Virus record (IMG/VR): IMGVR_UViG_3300030606_000007
Location: 1 to 60,348 of that record
DNA length: 60,348 nt
DNA from: a virus
Lineage: Duplodnaviria > Caudoviricetes
Reading direction: 5' to 3' (one strand)
The notes under the pieces are model-generated. The model ran no database searches and was not told the origin of the DNA. It saw only the letters and a program-made list of their open reading frames with translations. Positions 30,613-39,742 of this stretch are shown piece by piece. Both the position numbers and the translations under genes were made by a program. Numbering within the stretch: position 1 is the first letter of the stretch; every line of letters begins with the position of its first letter.

Positions 30613-31199
30613 CGCACGCCGACCATCTCCGCATCACCGCCGAGGGCGCGCGCGTCATGCACGCCGAGGCGCACGCGATTCACGCGGTTGCCGCGCGGAT
30701 CCATCACGAGTTCGTGGCCGCGGTGCAGCTCCTACAGCGTGCCCGGCTCGTCCACGTCTCGGGCGTCGGCAAGTCCGGAGCGATCGCGCGAAAGATCGCC
30801 GGCACCCTGACCTCCACCGGCACGCCCGCCACGTTCCTGCACCCGACCGAGGCGCTGCACGGAGACCTCGGGCTCGTGTCCGATGGCGATGTCTGCATCC
30901 TGATCAGCCGCTCGGGCGAGTGCGAGGAGACGCTACGGCTCGCGGCTGCGCTGCTCGACCATCCCATTGTGGCCATCACGGGCGTGCGATCGTCCCGGCT
31001 GGCCCTAATGGCGACCGTCGTCCTGGACTGCGCGGTACGGGAGGACGCCTGTCCCCTGGGGATGGTGCCAACGTGCTCGACCGCGGCGAGTCTGGCGATG
31101 GGCGACGCGCTGGCGGTGGTGCTGATGGGCGAGCGTGGGTTTGGGGCTGAGGACTTCAGGGCGACGCATCCGGGCGGGGTGCTGGGGAGGGCGGGGTGA
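30609..31199 (+). CDS. kdsD: Arabinose-5-phosphate isomerase, SIS domain only (KdsD/KpsF/GutQ family)
   Basis: GVGKSGAIARKIAGTLTSTGTP..FLHPTEALHGDLG, PTCST, HPGG.LG; no CBS domains. Confidence 0.9.
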   Translation: MTHADHLRITAEGARVMHAEAHAIHAVAARIHHEFVAAVQLLQRARLVHVSGVGKSGAIARKIAGTLTSTGTPATFLHPTEALHGDLGLVSDGDVCILISRSGECEETLRLAAALLDHPIVAITGVRSSRLALMATVVLDCAVREDACPLGMVPTCSTAASLAMGDALAVVLMGERGFGAEDFRATHPGGVLGRAG

Positions 31200-31334
31200 G
31201 CGACCGTGAGATGACGCTTCTGAAGGCAGGGCTTCGGGCCGCAGAGGCCGAAATCAAGAAGCTGGCGCGAGAGGTTCGGAAGCTGAAGCGCATCCTTCGA
31301 GAACGCGATCGAGATGGATGGGGCGCGTAGGACC

Positions 31335-31682
31335 GTGAGTGATGCGCTATGGGTGCGGAGCTACCCCATTAAGCCGCGATACCGCCTTGACGTTGAGCGC
31401 GACCGTTGGATTCATGTGTGTTCCTGCGGCTGCGGGACGCATCTCGCCAACCCGAACGCTAGGTGGGCGACGGGCCACCACAATCGAGACCCACGGGTCA
31501 TCGCGGGGAGGAGGGATGCTTGGCACAGGGGGGCGCGGAAGAGTTGGGCCAGGCGTGGCCGATGCGAAGCGGTGACAGCAGCTGGCCATCGGTGCTCACG
31601 CGCCGCTTGGAGTGAGGGGCTCTGCGCGGCGCACCTCCAGGTGAGTCGTCGGCCCTGCGGCGTGGTTCGCGTGTGCCCGTGA
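31335..31682 (+). CDS. Cys-rich hypothetical protein
   Basis: CSCGCG and CEAVT..G.RC.......C..H zinc-finger-like motifs. Confidence 0.45.
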   Translation: MSDALWVRSYPIKPRYRLDVERDRWIHVCSCGCGTHLANPNARWATGHHNRDPRVIAGRRDAWHRGARKSWARRGRCEAVTAAGHRCSRAAWSEGLCAAHLQVSRRPCGVVRVCP

Positions 31683-32125
31683 TTACAGTTACCACCGTCC
31701 TACGCCTCTACCCGGAGCCCGACCGCACGCTCTACGTCCGCGTCCGGGTCCACCCGACCCTGAAGGCGATGCACGAGCGGAGCCGCGAGCTCACGGCCGC
31801 CGGGACCCACGAGCACCGAGCGCCGATGCGACACGTGCGCGGCTTCTGCACCGAGTGGAACGTCGTGAAATGCACGAAGAAGCGGGCCCGCCGCCATCCC
31901 TGCATCGCCGAGGTCAACTTCGCCGGCCGGTACTGCACCATGGAGATCGTCACGCACGAGCTCCTTCACGCGACGATGGCGTGGGCCCGGCGCGTGGGCT
32001 TCGAGTTCTCGCGGCTCGGTGACGATGACCATGTGAACGCCGAGGAAGAGCGCATCGCCTACGTCCACGGCGAGATGTGCCGGCAGTTCATGGTGAGGGC
32101 GAACACGGCTGGGGTCTACGCGTGA
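31673..32125 (+). CDS. HExxH metallopeptidase-like hypothetical protein
   Basis: IVTHELLHA...EE..AY. Confidence 0.55.
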   Translation: MPVITVTTVLRLYPEPDRTLYVRVRVHPTLKAMHERSRELTAAGTHEHRAPMRHVRGFCTEWNVVKCTKKRARRHPCIAEVNFAGRYCTMEIVTHELLHATMAWARRVGFEFSRLGDDDHVNAEEERIAYVHGEMCRQFMVRANTAGVYA

Positions 32126-32751
32126 CCATCGCGTGCGTCCTGAAGTCGGGTGGGGATTACAGCCCGCGGTGGGTCGGAGCGTTGGCGCGCGGCATCCTGA
32201 GGTACACGCCGGGAGCGCGCATCGTGTGCCTCACGGACATGCAGGTCGTGGAGCCGCACATCGTGGCGGTCCCACTCGGGCGCGACGCGTTCCCGGGGTG
32301 GTGGTCGAAACTGACGCTGCTGAGGCCCGGCCTCTTCCCCGCCGGCGAGCCGGTCGTGTACCTGGACCTGGACACGTTGCCCGTCGCCGACCTGTCCCCG
32401 CTCGCGGAGTTCACCGATCCGCTTATCCTGCTCAGCAGCTTCTACCGGCCCCAGCATCGCCAATCGGGCGTAATGCTGTTCCGGCCGGGTGAGGTGACCG
32501 AGCGGCTCTGGGAGACGTGGACGAAGAATCCTGACGCCTTCATGCGGCGCTACCGTGGCGACGGGGAATGGCTGCACGCGCACGCTCCGGCGGGCCCGAC
32601 CGTGCAGGCGCTCTTCCCCGGCGTCTACTCGTTCAAGGTCCATTGCAAGAACGGACCGCCGCCCGACGCCCGCCTGGTGGCGTTCCACGGGCGGCCTCGC
32701 CCCAACGATCCTGCCGCCGGATGGGGACACGAGGCGTGGAGGGCCGCGTGA
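32122..32751 (+). CDS. Glycosyltransferase (GT-A fold, phage type)
   Basis: ACVLKSGGDY, GWWSKL.L, YLDLD (DxD), FHGRPRP. Confidence 0.8.
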   Translation: MTIACVLKSGGDYSPRWVGALARGILRYTPGARIVCLTDMQVVEPHIVAVPLGRDAFPGWWSKLTLLRPGLFPAGEPVVYLDLDTLPVADLSPLAEFTDPLILLSSFYRPQHRQSGVMLFRPGEVTERLWETWTKNPDAFMRRYRGDGEWLHAHAPAGPTVQALFPGVYSFKVHCKNGPPPDARLVAFHGRPRPNDPAAGWGHEAWRAA

Positions 32752-33464
32752 AGCCCCTCCGCGTCTGGTGGCCGCGGTCCCCGAGACCCGGCAACCTCGG
32801 CGACGTGCTGACGCCGCACGTCCTCGGGTGGCTCGGCTACGATGCGCGGTGGGCGTCGCAGGGCAGCGCCGACGTGCTCGCCACCGGCTCGATCGTCCGG
32901 TTCGCCACCGGCCGCCACACCGTCTGGGGCTCCGGAGCGATGCGGGCCACGGACCAGCCGAGCCCTCGCGCGCGCTATCTCGCTGTACGGGGGCCGCTCA
33001 CCCGCAAGGTCGTGCTCGCCGCGGGAGGTGAGTGCCCCGAGGTCTACGGCGACCCGGCACTGCTGCTGGCCGGGTTCGTCACGTGCGACGTCCCGAAGGT
33101 CCACGACCTCGGCATCGTGCCGCACTACGTCGACCACGGGGCCATGACCAGGGCGCATCCCCGGGAGCGCGTGATCGACGTGCTCCGCGCCGACCCGCTT
33201 GAAGTCGTCCGCGAGATCCGGGAGTGCCGCTCCGTCGTATCGAGCTCGCTGCACGGGATCATCGTGGCGCATGCGTTCGGGATCCCCGCGGCCTGGGTGC
33301 GGTGGAGCGACCGGCTCAGCGGCGACGGGATCAAGTTCCGCGACTACGCGGCGTCCGTCGGCGTGGAGCTCCACCCTTGGTCGACGGTCGAGCAGGCCGC
33401 CGCCGCGCCGGTACTCGGCTCGTTCGATCCTGGACCGCTTCTCCAGGCCACGAGGGGGCTATGA
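32748..33464 (+). CDS. Polysaccharide pyruvyl transferase family protein
   Basis: GNLGD, GSI, VWGSG, AVRGPLT, GDPALL, SSSLHGIIVAHAFGIP, KFRDY. Confidence 0.9.
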   Translation: MKPLRVWWPRSPRPGNLGDVLTPHVLGWLGYDARWASQGSADVLATGSIVRFATGRHTVWGSGAMRATDQPSPRARYLAVRGPLTRKVVLAAGGECPEVYGDPALLLAGFVTCDVPKVHDLGIVPHYVDHGAMTRAHPRERVIDVLRADPLEVVREIRECRSVVSSSLHGIIVAHAFGIPAAWVRWSDRLSGDGIKFRDYAASVGVELHPWSTVEQAAAAPVLGSFDPGPLLQATRGL

Positions 33465-34030
33465 ACACGGCCGACGTGGTGATCACCAGCTTCTACACGA
33501 ACACCTGGCACTACGCCGACCACGCGCGCAGGCTTGCCGCGGAGTGTGACCGGCTCGGGCTCGAGCACCACATCGTTGAGCGGCGGGACGCGGGCGGCTA
33601 CCTGGCGAATTGCCGCCAGAAGCCCGTGCACATCGCCGAGACCCTGGAGGCGCTCGGTCGCCCGCTGCTCTGGGTCGACGTGGACGGCTCGGTGCTCCGC
33701 GTGCCCACCGATCTACCCGACGGGGTCGACTTCGCTGCCGTACCGATGGCGGGCATCCGGACCCGTACCTGGCATGTCGGCACGCTCTACTTTCGACCGA
33801 CGCGCGCCGCGAAGGAGCTGCTCGCGCTCTGGGTGGGTGCGCTCGGCCATGAGTCCGACGAGGCGGCGCTCGACGTCGCGTGGAAGTCGGGGCGCTGGCA
33901 CGGCACCCACGCTGCGCTCCCGACGACGTACATGTGCTACGGTCGGTGGGCCGACGTCGCGGACCCGGTCGTGATGCATCGGGGCTCGCACTCCAAGGCG
34001 AAGCGCATCTACCAGGCGGCGAGAGGGTGA
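33461..34030 (+). CDS. Nucleotide-diphospho-sugar transferase-like protein
   Basis: SFYT..Y, N...KP, LLWVDVD (DxD), GTLYF, DE..L. Confidence 0.7.
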   Translation: MNTADVVITSFYTNTWHYADHARRLAAECDRLGLEHHIVERRDAGGYLANCRQKPVHIAETLEALGRPLLWVDVDGSVLRVPTDLPDGVDFAAVPMAGIRTRTWHVGTLYFRPTRAAKELLALWVGALGHESDEAALDVAWKSGRWHGTHAALPTTYMCYGRWADVADPVVMHRGSHSKAKRIYQAARG

Positions 34031-34629
34031 GCGCCAGGAGGCGGAACGTGCGTCGCCAGGAGGCGCTCCTGCTCACCGCGCTCATCGAGCGGGGCGAGCC
34101 GCTCACCTACCGGATCGACCACGACAACGGCCGGGCGCGGGTGAACGGCCGCGCGGTCGGCCTCGTCCATCCTGACAGCTTCTTCGAGGCCTCGAGGCCG
34201 CTGCTGGACACGCCGAAGACGCTCGGCTTCTACTTCGCCGGCTACTTCGTGCCCGCCGGCGGCCGGCGGGAGATGCTGTCCCGGTGGAGGGGCGCGCACG
34301 GGGCGGTCATCGTGCAGAGCTCCGAGGGCAGGAAGCCCGATCACAAAGGCTCGTGGCACCCGGCGTACTACGAGCCGCTCGCGTCCGCGGAGTTCGGCCT
34401 CTGCCCGCATCACACGAATTGGCGCGGCCCCCGGGAGACGATGTGGACGTACCGCTTCGTCGACTGCTGCCTCGTCGACACGATCCCCCTGCTCTTCCGC
34501 GCGACGCCGCTCGGCGAGGAGTTCACCCGGGGCTTCCGGTTCGCATGGGACGATGACGAGGCGTTCGTCTACCGGCCGGAGGACGCCGCCCATAACCGCG
34601 CGCTCGCCGAGGAGCGGTTTCGCCTGTGA
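34027..34629 (+). CDS. Exostosin/GT47-like glycosyltransferase fragment
   Basis: FYFAG, YYEPLASAEFGLCP, WTYRFVD.....IP. Confidence 0.6.
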   Translation: MSARRRNVRRQEALLLTALIERGEPLTYRIDHDNGRARVNGRAVGLVHPDSFFEASRPLLDTPKTLGFYFAGYFVPAGGRREMLSRWRGAHGAVIVQSSEGRKPDHKGSWHPAYYEPLASAEFGLCPHHTNWRGPRETMWTYRFVDCCLVDTIPLLFRATPLGEEFTRGFRFAWDDDEAFVYRPEDAAHNRALAEERFRL

Positions 34630-35795
34630 ACTACGCGGGCCCCAAGTACGGGCGGGAGGAGATCGATGCCGTCGTGCGCGTGCTGGAGAACCCGGGGCAG
34701 ATCGGCGCGGGCCCCGCGGTCGCTGAGTTCGAGCGGGCGGTGGCCGCACTTTTCGCGAAGCCACACGGTCTGATGGTCAACTCGGGGTCGTCGGCGAACC
34801 TGCTGGCGCTCGCGTCACTCGACATCCCGGCCGGCTCCGAAGTGATCACGCCCGCGCTCACGTTCTCGACGACGGTAGCGCCGATCCTCCAGCTCGGGCT
34901 CCGGCCGGTCTTTGCGGATTCGTGTGCCGACACCCACGTCGTGGATCCGGAGGCGGTCGAGGCCGCGGTGACGCCGAGGACGCGCGCCATCATGATCCCG
35001 CTGCTGCTCGGCAACGTGCCGGACATGGCCGCGCTGCGGGCGGTGTGCGACCGCCACGGGCTCGCGTTCGTCGAGGACTCCTGTGACACGCTCGGCGCCC
35101 GCTTCGGTGGGATGCCGACCGGCGCGTTCTCGGACGTCTCCACCACGAGCTTCTACGCCACGCACATCATCACGTGCGCCGGGGGGGGCGGGCTGGTCTC
35201 GTTCCGCGATGAGCGCCACGCGGAGCGGGCCCGGCTGCTCACGTACTGGGGGCGCTCCTCCGTGCTGTTCCGTGACGGCTCCGACGACTTCGAGCGCAGG
35301 TACCAGGGCGGGTACGACGCCAAGTTCGTCTTCGCCGCCGCCGGCTACAACCTGCAACCGCTGGAGCTCCAGGCCGCGTTCGGGCTCGAGCAGCTCAAGA
35401 AGCTCCCGAGCTTCATCGCCACCCGACGCGCGCGGTGGCTGGAGCTCCTGGCGCGTGTGAGCCGCCACGCGGACGTGATCTCTACGGCAAAGGGGCTACC
35501 GGGTGCCGATCCCGTCTGGCTCGCGTTCCCGCTTCGGGTGCTCGATTCCGCTCCGTTCACCCGGCGGGACCTCGCGGCCTACCTCGAGGCCCACGACGTG
35601 CAGACGCGGCCGATCATGGCCGGCAATATCCTGCGGCATCCGGGCTTCGAGGGGCTGGCGTGTCCGGAGCACTTCCCCGGCGCCGACGCGGTCATGCGAG
35701 GCGGGCTCCTGATCGGAGCGCATCAGGGCATGACGCACTACGATACACGCTACGCCGGCGACCTGGTGGACGAGTTCGTGAGGCGGCACTCGTGA
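34626..35795 (+). CDS. DegT/DnrJ/EryC1/StrS-family PLP enzyme, 3-dehydratase type (RfbH/ColD-like)
   Basis: VNSGSSANLLA, EDSCDTLG, SFYATHIIT (His at the Schiff-base Lys position), GYNL, TRPIMAGNI. Confidence 0.9.
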   Translation: MNYAGPKYGREEIDAVVRVLENPGQIGAGPAVAEFERAVAALFAKPHGLMVNSGSSANLLALASLDIPAGSEVITPALTFSTTVAPILQLGLRPVFADSCADTHVVDPEAVEAAVTPRTRAIMIPLLLGNVPDMAALRAVCDRHGLAFVEDSCDTLGARFGGMPTGAFSDVSTTSFYATHIITCAGGGGLVSFRDERHAERARLLTYWGRSSVLFRDGSDDFERRYQGGYDAKFVFAAAGYNLQPLELQAAFGLEQLKKLPSFIATRRARWLELLARVSRHADVISTAKGLPGADPVWLAFPLRVLDSAPFTRRDLAAYLEAHDVQTRPIMAGNILRHPGFEGLACPEHFPGADAVMRGGLLIGAHQGMTHYDTRYAGDLVDEFVRRHS

Positions 35796-36367
35796 GCGGC
35801 GACTACCAGACCGCCCGGCGCATGGCCGCCAAGCTCCGCGCGATTCCACTGCCGGACCTCACCGGGAAGCGCGTGCTCGACATCGGATGCGACCACGGGG
35901 CTTTTTGCAAGCTCGCCTCCGACCAGGGCGCTGCCTACGTGCTCGGTCTCGACCGTGGACGGGGCGTGCGCGGGAGCAACGGCCGCGAGTTCGTGGACCT
36001 CGTCGCCAGGAACGCCGCCGAGGGTTGGCCGCGCTGTGAGTTCCGGGCGTTCAACCTCGGTGTCGAGTGGACATTGTTCGGCACGTTCGACGTCGTGCTC
36101 TTCCTGTCCGTCTATCACCACGTCTATGGCGAGACCGGCGATCACGGCCGCATCTGGCGCTGGCTCCGCGCCCACACGGCGGGGGTCCTGTTCTGGGAGG
36201 GTCCGGTCGACCACCAGGATCCGGTCGCGAGGATGCGGACGAAGCATCGCGTAGGCTACACGCGCGAGGCGATCCTGGCTGCTGCCCAGGCAAGTTTTCA
36301 CGTGGAACACATCGGGCCGGCGCTGCACCGGCCGCACCGGGAGGTGTGGCGATGCACGCCGAATTGA
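35792..36367 (+). CDS. Class I SAM-dependent methyltransferase
   Basis: GKRVLDIGCDHG, FDVVLFLSVYHH. Confidence 0.88.
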   Translation: MSGDYQTARRMAAKLRAIPLPDLTGKRVLDIGCDHGAFCKLASDQGAAYVLGLDRGRGVRGSNGREFVDLVARNAAEGWPRCEFRAFNLGVEWTLFGTFDVVLFLSVYHHVYGETGDHGRIWRWLRAHTAGVLFWEGPVDHQDPVARMRTKHRVGYTREAILAAAQASFHVEHIGPALHRPHREVWRCTPN

Positions 36368-36738
36368 TCCGCGGCGTCGTCGTCTCCGGGCAGGGCGGCG
36401 CGTCCCGGGCCATGGTGGGCGAGAAGCTCGCGGGCCGCTCCGAGATCGCGGGCGTGCCGCTCGTGCCCGGCACGCTGAACGTGCTCCCGCTGCGGGGCGA
36501 CGGGATGGCGGTCCCTATGCTCGGCGCGCCTGTGCACGAGAGCGAGGCGGACAGCCCGATCGGCGCGCTCCGGTGGTGGCCCGTCACACTGCGCGTCCCC
36601 GCGGCCGGGATCGACCGCCCGGCGTGGATCGTGCGTCACGAACGTACCGGCACGCGTTACCTCGAGGTGGTGGCCGACGTGGGGTTCCGGGATGCGGGCG
36701 TCCAGGACGGGATGGCTGCGGAGATCGAGCGTCGGTGA
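36352..36738 (+). CDS. CTP-dependent riboflavin kinase-like (DUF120) protein
   Basis: RGVVVSGQGGA...PGTLNV...LEVVA...RD..V.DG. Confidence 0.7.
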   Translation: MHAELIRGVVVSGQGGASRAMVGEKLAGRSEIAGVPLVPGTLNVLPLRGDGMAVPMLGAPVHESEADSPIGALRWWPVTLRVPAAGIDRPAWIVRHERTGTRYLEVVADVGFRDAGVQDGMAAEIERR

Positions 36739-36971
36739 GCATCCGCCTCCGCCGTATCGACGGCATCCTCGTTGCGCTCTGTGCCGCGCGCTCCGTCGCC
36801 AAGCCGGGTGACACCTACCTCGACGACGAACAGCACTACGCGCTCGCCTCGAAGTTTGCCGACGACTGGGACCGACGGACGGACGACGCCAAGCTACTCC
36901 GGGACGCCGAGGAATCGAACAACCCGAATCGCGAGTGGTGGGACAGCGTGTACGGAGCACTGGCCGAGTGA
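36735..36971 (+). CDS. Hypothetical protein
   Basis: Coupled ORF, ALCAARS...GD.YLDD..HYAL. Confidence 0.55.
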   Translation: MSIRLRRIDGILVALCAARSVAKPGDTYLDDEQHYALASKFADDWDRRTDDAKLLRDAEESNNPNREWWDSVYGALAE

Positions 36972-37537
36972 GCGCCGCGATTATCTGCGGCGGGGCCGTG
37001 GGCGTGTGGGACGAGGCGTCCGAGGCGCTCGAGCTATGCGAGGCCGCGGGGGTCGAGGTGGTGCGCATCGCCGTGAACGACGCCGGGATCACGCATCCGG
37101 ACCCGCTCGACCACTGGGCCACGCTCCACCCCGACAAGCTGCACCGGGCGCCCTGGGAGTGGATGGCGCGGCGTCGCGCGAACGGCCTCGCGCCGGCCGG
37201 CGCCGTCTGGAGCTGCACGCGCGTGCCCGGCGTTGTCGACCGGATCATCCGTGCATGGTCCGGGGGGAGTTCCGGCTGGCTCGCTGTCGGCGTCGCAACC
37301 GCCGGTCTGGGGATCCCCGCGATCCTGTGCGGGGTTCCCCAGGACAGTAGGATAAACGAGTTTACAGGTAAGCCGTGGGCATCCTATCACAGACACCGGC
37401 ACCCATGGAAGAAACACGCAGATCGGGTCCGACCGACCGTGCGGAGCATGGGTGGTTGGACACAAGAGTTACTCGGGGCCCCAGGGGTTGAATGGCTAAG
37501 GTCGTTGAGATCGTCGGCGAGGTGTACGGCCGACTGA
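36968..37537 (+). CDS. Rossmann-like protein, possibly Maf/sialyltransferase-like; paralog 1
   Basis: IICGG, VNDAG, DHWATLH, GSSG..AVGVA, LCGVP.D, GWT.ELLG.P. Confidence 0.55.
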   Translation: MSAAIICGGAVGVWDEASEALELCEAAGVEVVRIAVNDAGITHPDPLDHWATLHPDKLHRAPWEWMARRRANGLAPAGAVWSCTRVPGVVDRIIRAWSGGSSGWLAVGVATAGLGIPAILCGVPQDSRINEFTGKPWASYHRHRHPWKKHADRVRPTVRSMGGWTQELLGAPGVEWLRSLRSSARCTAD

Positions 37538-38172
37538 CGGTGCTGCGGAGGGAGGGGTCGATTCGCTCGAACGCCGCGTGGCGCTGCCGATGTCGGTGTG
37601 GCAATGAGATCGTCGTCCGGGGCATCACTCTGCGGAGCGGCAATACGAGCTCTTGTGGTTGCTTGGTCTCGGACCTGCTGGCAGAGAGGAACCGGAGGAA
37701 TCGCCGCCAAGTGCACGGCCACGCCGCTAGACTGTCGCCGGCGTATCGATCATGGATGGCCATGAATGGCCGGTGTCGCAATCCGAATGATCCGGGCTTT
37801 CACCTGTACGGGGGGCGCGGCATTACCATCTGCGACCGCTGGCGCGACTTTGTGTGCTTCCTTGAGGACATGGGTGACCGACCGCCCGGCACGTCCATCG
37901 ACCGCATCGACAACGACGGTAACTACGAGCCGGGCAACTGCCGGTGGGCCACGCCCAAGCAGCAGGGGCAACGCCGTCGGGCGCCCACATTCCGCACCCC
38001 GAGGATAGTCCACTGCGGCGAGGATAATCCGGCTGCAAAGCTGACCGAGGCGGATGTTCGAACGATACGGGAGGCCCGGGGAGCGCTCCGGGACATCGGC
38101 AAGCGTTTCGGTGTGAGTGCGTCCGCCGTCTGCAATATTCGCAAGCGAAACACGTGGGCACACGTCGAGTAG
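37492..38172 (+). CDS. Free-standing HNH homing endonuclease with C-terminal HTH
   Basis: YGRLTV, WRCRCRCG, SCGC, YGGRGITIC.RW, SIDRIDNDGNYEPGNCRWAT. Confidence 0.92.
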   Translation: MAKVVEIVGEVYGRLTVLRREGSIRSNAAWRCRCRCGNEIVVRGITLRSGNTSSCGCLVSDLLAERNRRNRRQVHGHAARLSPAYRSWMAMNGRCRNPNDPGFHLYGGRGITICDRWRDFVCFLEDMGDRPPGTSIDRIDNDGNYEPGNCRWATPKQQGQRRRAPTFRTPRIVHCGEDNPAAKLTEADVRTIREARGALRDIGKRFGVSASAVCNIRKRNTWAHVE

Positions 38173-38738
38173 GAACCTGCCTCGTACTCGGGGGCGCGTC
38201 GAGTCTCTGGCCCGACGTCGAGCGCGCGTCCACCATGGTGGACGTTTCGGTCTGCACGATCGTCGCGTGCAACGACGCCGGTATCGTGTGGCCGGGCACT
38301 CTCGACCATTGGGCCACCATGCACCCCGAGGAGATGGCGGGTCGCGAGAAGGAGCGCGCGCTGCTCGGCCACCCCGCAGGCTACACGACGTGGACCCGCC
38401 CGTACCCGTTCGGCATGAAGGACCGGGAGAAGATGTGCGACCGGCTCATCAGCGGATACAACGGCTCGTCCGGGCTGGTGGCTGTCGGCGTCGCGATCGA
38501 GACCGGCCACCGGCGCGTGCTGCTCTGCGGGATGCCGATGGACGCGCGCCCGCATTTCAACCGTGAAGGCGCGTGGACGGCCGGCATCGGGTACCGCGAG
38601 AGGTGGCTCGAGCTGGAGGATCAGCTCCGCCTCCGCTGCCGCTCGTTCAGCGGCTGGACAAAGGAGCTGCTCGGCGAGCCAACCGCCGAATGGGTTGACA
38701 TCGAAAAGCGCCCTCGCGTAGGTTCATGCTCAGCGTAG
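38154..38738 (+). CDS. Rossmann-like protein, paralog 2 of 36968-37537
   Basis: LVLGG, CNDAG, DHWATMH, GSSG..AVGVA, LCGMP.D, GWT.ELLG.P. Confidence 0.55.
   Translation: MGTRRVGTCLVLGGASSLWPDVERASTMVDVSVCTIVACNDAGIVWPGTLDHWATMHPEEMAGREKERALLGHPAGYTTWTRPYPFGMKDREKMCDRLISGYNGSSGLVAVGVAIETGHRRVLLCGMPMDARPHFNREGAWTAGIGYRERWLELEDQLRLRCRSFSGWTKELLGEPTAEWVDIEKRPRVGSCSA
38695..38724 (+). promoter_or_regulatory. Sigma70-type promoter for the scaffold/capsid operon
   Basis: TTGACA-N18-TAGGTT, same layout as the 3925 promoter. Confidence 0.5.
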
Positions 38739-38823
38739 GTGCAGCGCGACAAGTGCAACAGCCGCCCAGGGGCGGCCTTCGGCAGGAATGCCGGGGGCCG
38801 CCCTTTCGCGTCCAGCCAGGAGG

Positions 38824-39594
38824 ATGAGCTTGAAGCTCAAGTACCGGGTCGCAAAACTCGACGACGTGCCGGAATCCGCGCGCGAGTTCTACGTCGAGGA
38901 CGGGGACGGCTACCGGCTCGAAGCCGACGGCCTCGAGCAGAAGGACACGACCGCCCTCGAGAACGCGCTCGAACGCCTGAAGCGCGAGAAGCGTGAGCTG
39001 AAGGCCAAGCTCGACGGCGGCGCGAACCTGTCCCCCGAGGACGCCGAGGAGCTGAATCAGCTACGGGCCGACGCTCGGCAGCGCGAGGAGGACGAGGCGA
39101 AGAAGGCCGGCAAGTGGGACGAGGTGCGCGCCAAGCTGCAGAAGGATCACGACAGGGATCTGGCGGCCGAGCGTGCCAAGACGCAGGCCGAGGCCGAGAA
39201 GAACGCGCGCCGAGACCGCCGCCTGATCCGTGACAGCCTCGCAGCCCAGATCGCCAGGGTGGGCGCGAAAAAGGAGTACTTCGACGCCGTCGAGGCCATG
39301 ATCGAGCGCAGCCACAAGCTCGACGTTCAGTGGGGCGAGGGCGACGACGTGCAGGTGGTCGTCGTGGACGAGGTCCACGGTGACAAGTCGCTCGCCGACT
39401 GGATGGGCGAGTGGGCGAAGTCGGACGCGGCCAATCCCTTCATGCCGGTCGAGACCGGAAGCGGTGGCGGAGGTGGGGGTGACGAGGGCGCGGGACGCGG
39501 CAAGTCGTGGCAGGGAAAGAAGTTCTCCGAGATGAGCGACGACGAGCAGGTCGCGTACACCGAAGAGAAGTACGGCTCGGGCGCGGCTGCCTAG
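38824..39594 (+). CDS. Head scaffolding protein
   Basis: LKLKY...LDDVPE...FY.E....YRLE; coiled coil; GSGGGG near the C-terminus; precedes the capsid gene. Confidence 0.82.
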   Translation: MSLKLKYRVAKLDDVPESAREFYVEDGDGYRLEADGLEQKDTTALENALERLKREKRELKAKLDGGANLSPEDAEELNQLRADARQREEDEAKKAGKWDEVRAKLQKDHDRDLAAERAKTQAEAEKNARRDRRLIRDSLAAQIARVGAKKEYFDAVEAMIERSHKLDVQWGEGDDVQVVVVDEVHGDKSLADWMGEWAKSDAANPFMPVETGSGGGGGGDEGAGRGKSWQGKKFSEMSDDEQVAYTEEKYGSGAAA

Positions 39595-39742
39595 GGGCCC
39601 GCAGAAGGCCGCGCCCACGGCGCGGGAGTCGGTAGGCGCTACCGACTGAAAACATCCAAGCGCACCCGTCACGCCAACGGCGAGCGGGCGGTGCCAAGGG
39701 CACTCCGACGAAGTCATGTGACACGTACACGGAGAGTGCCAG

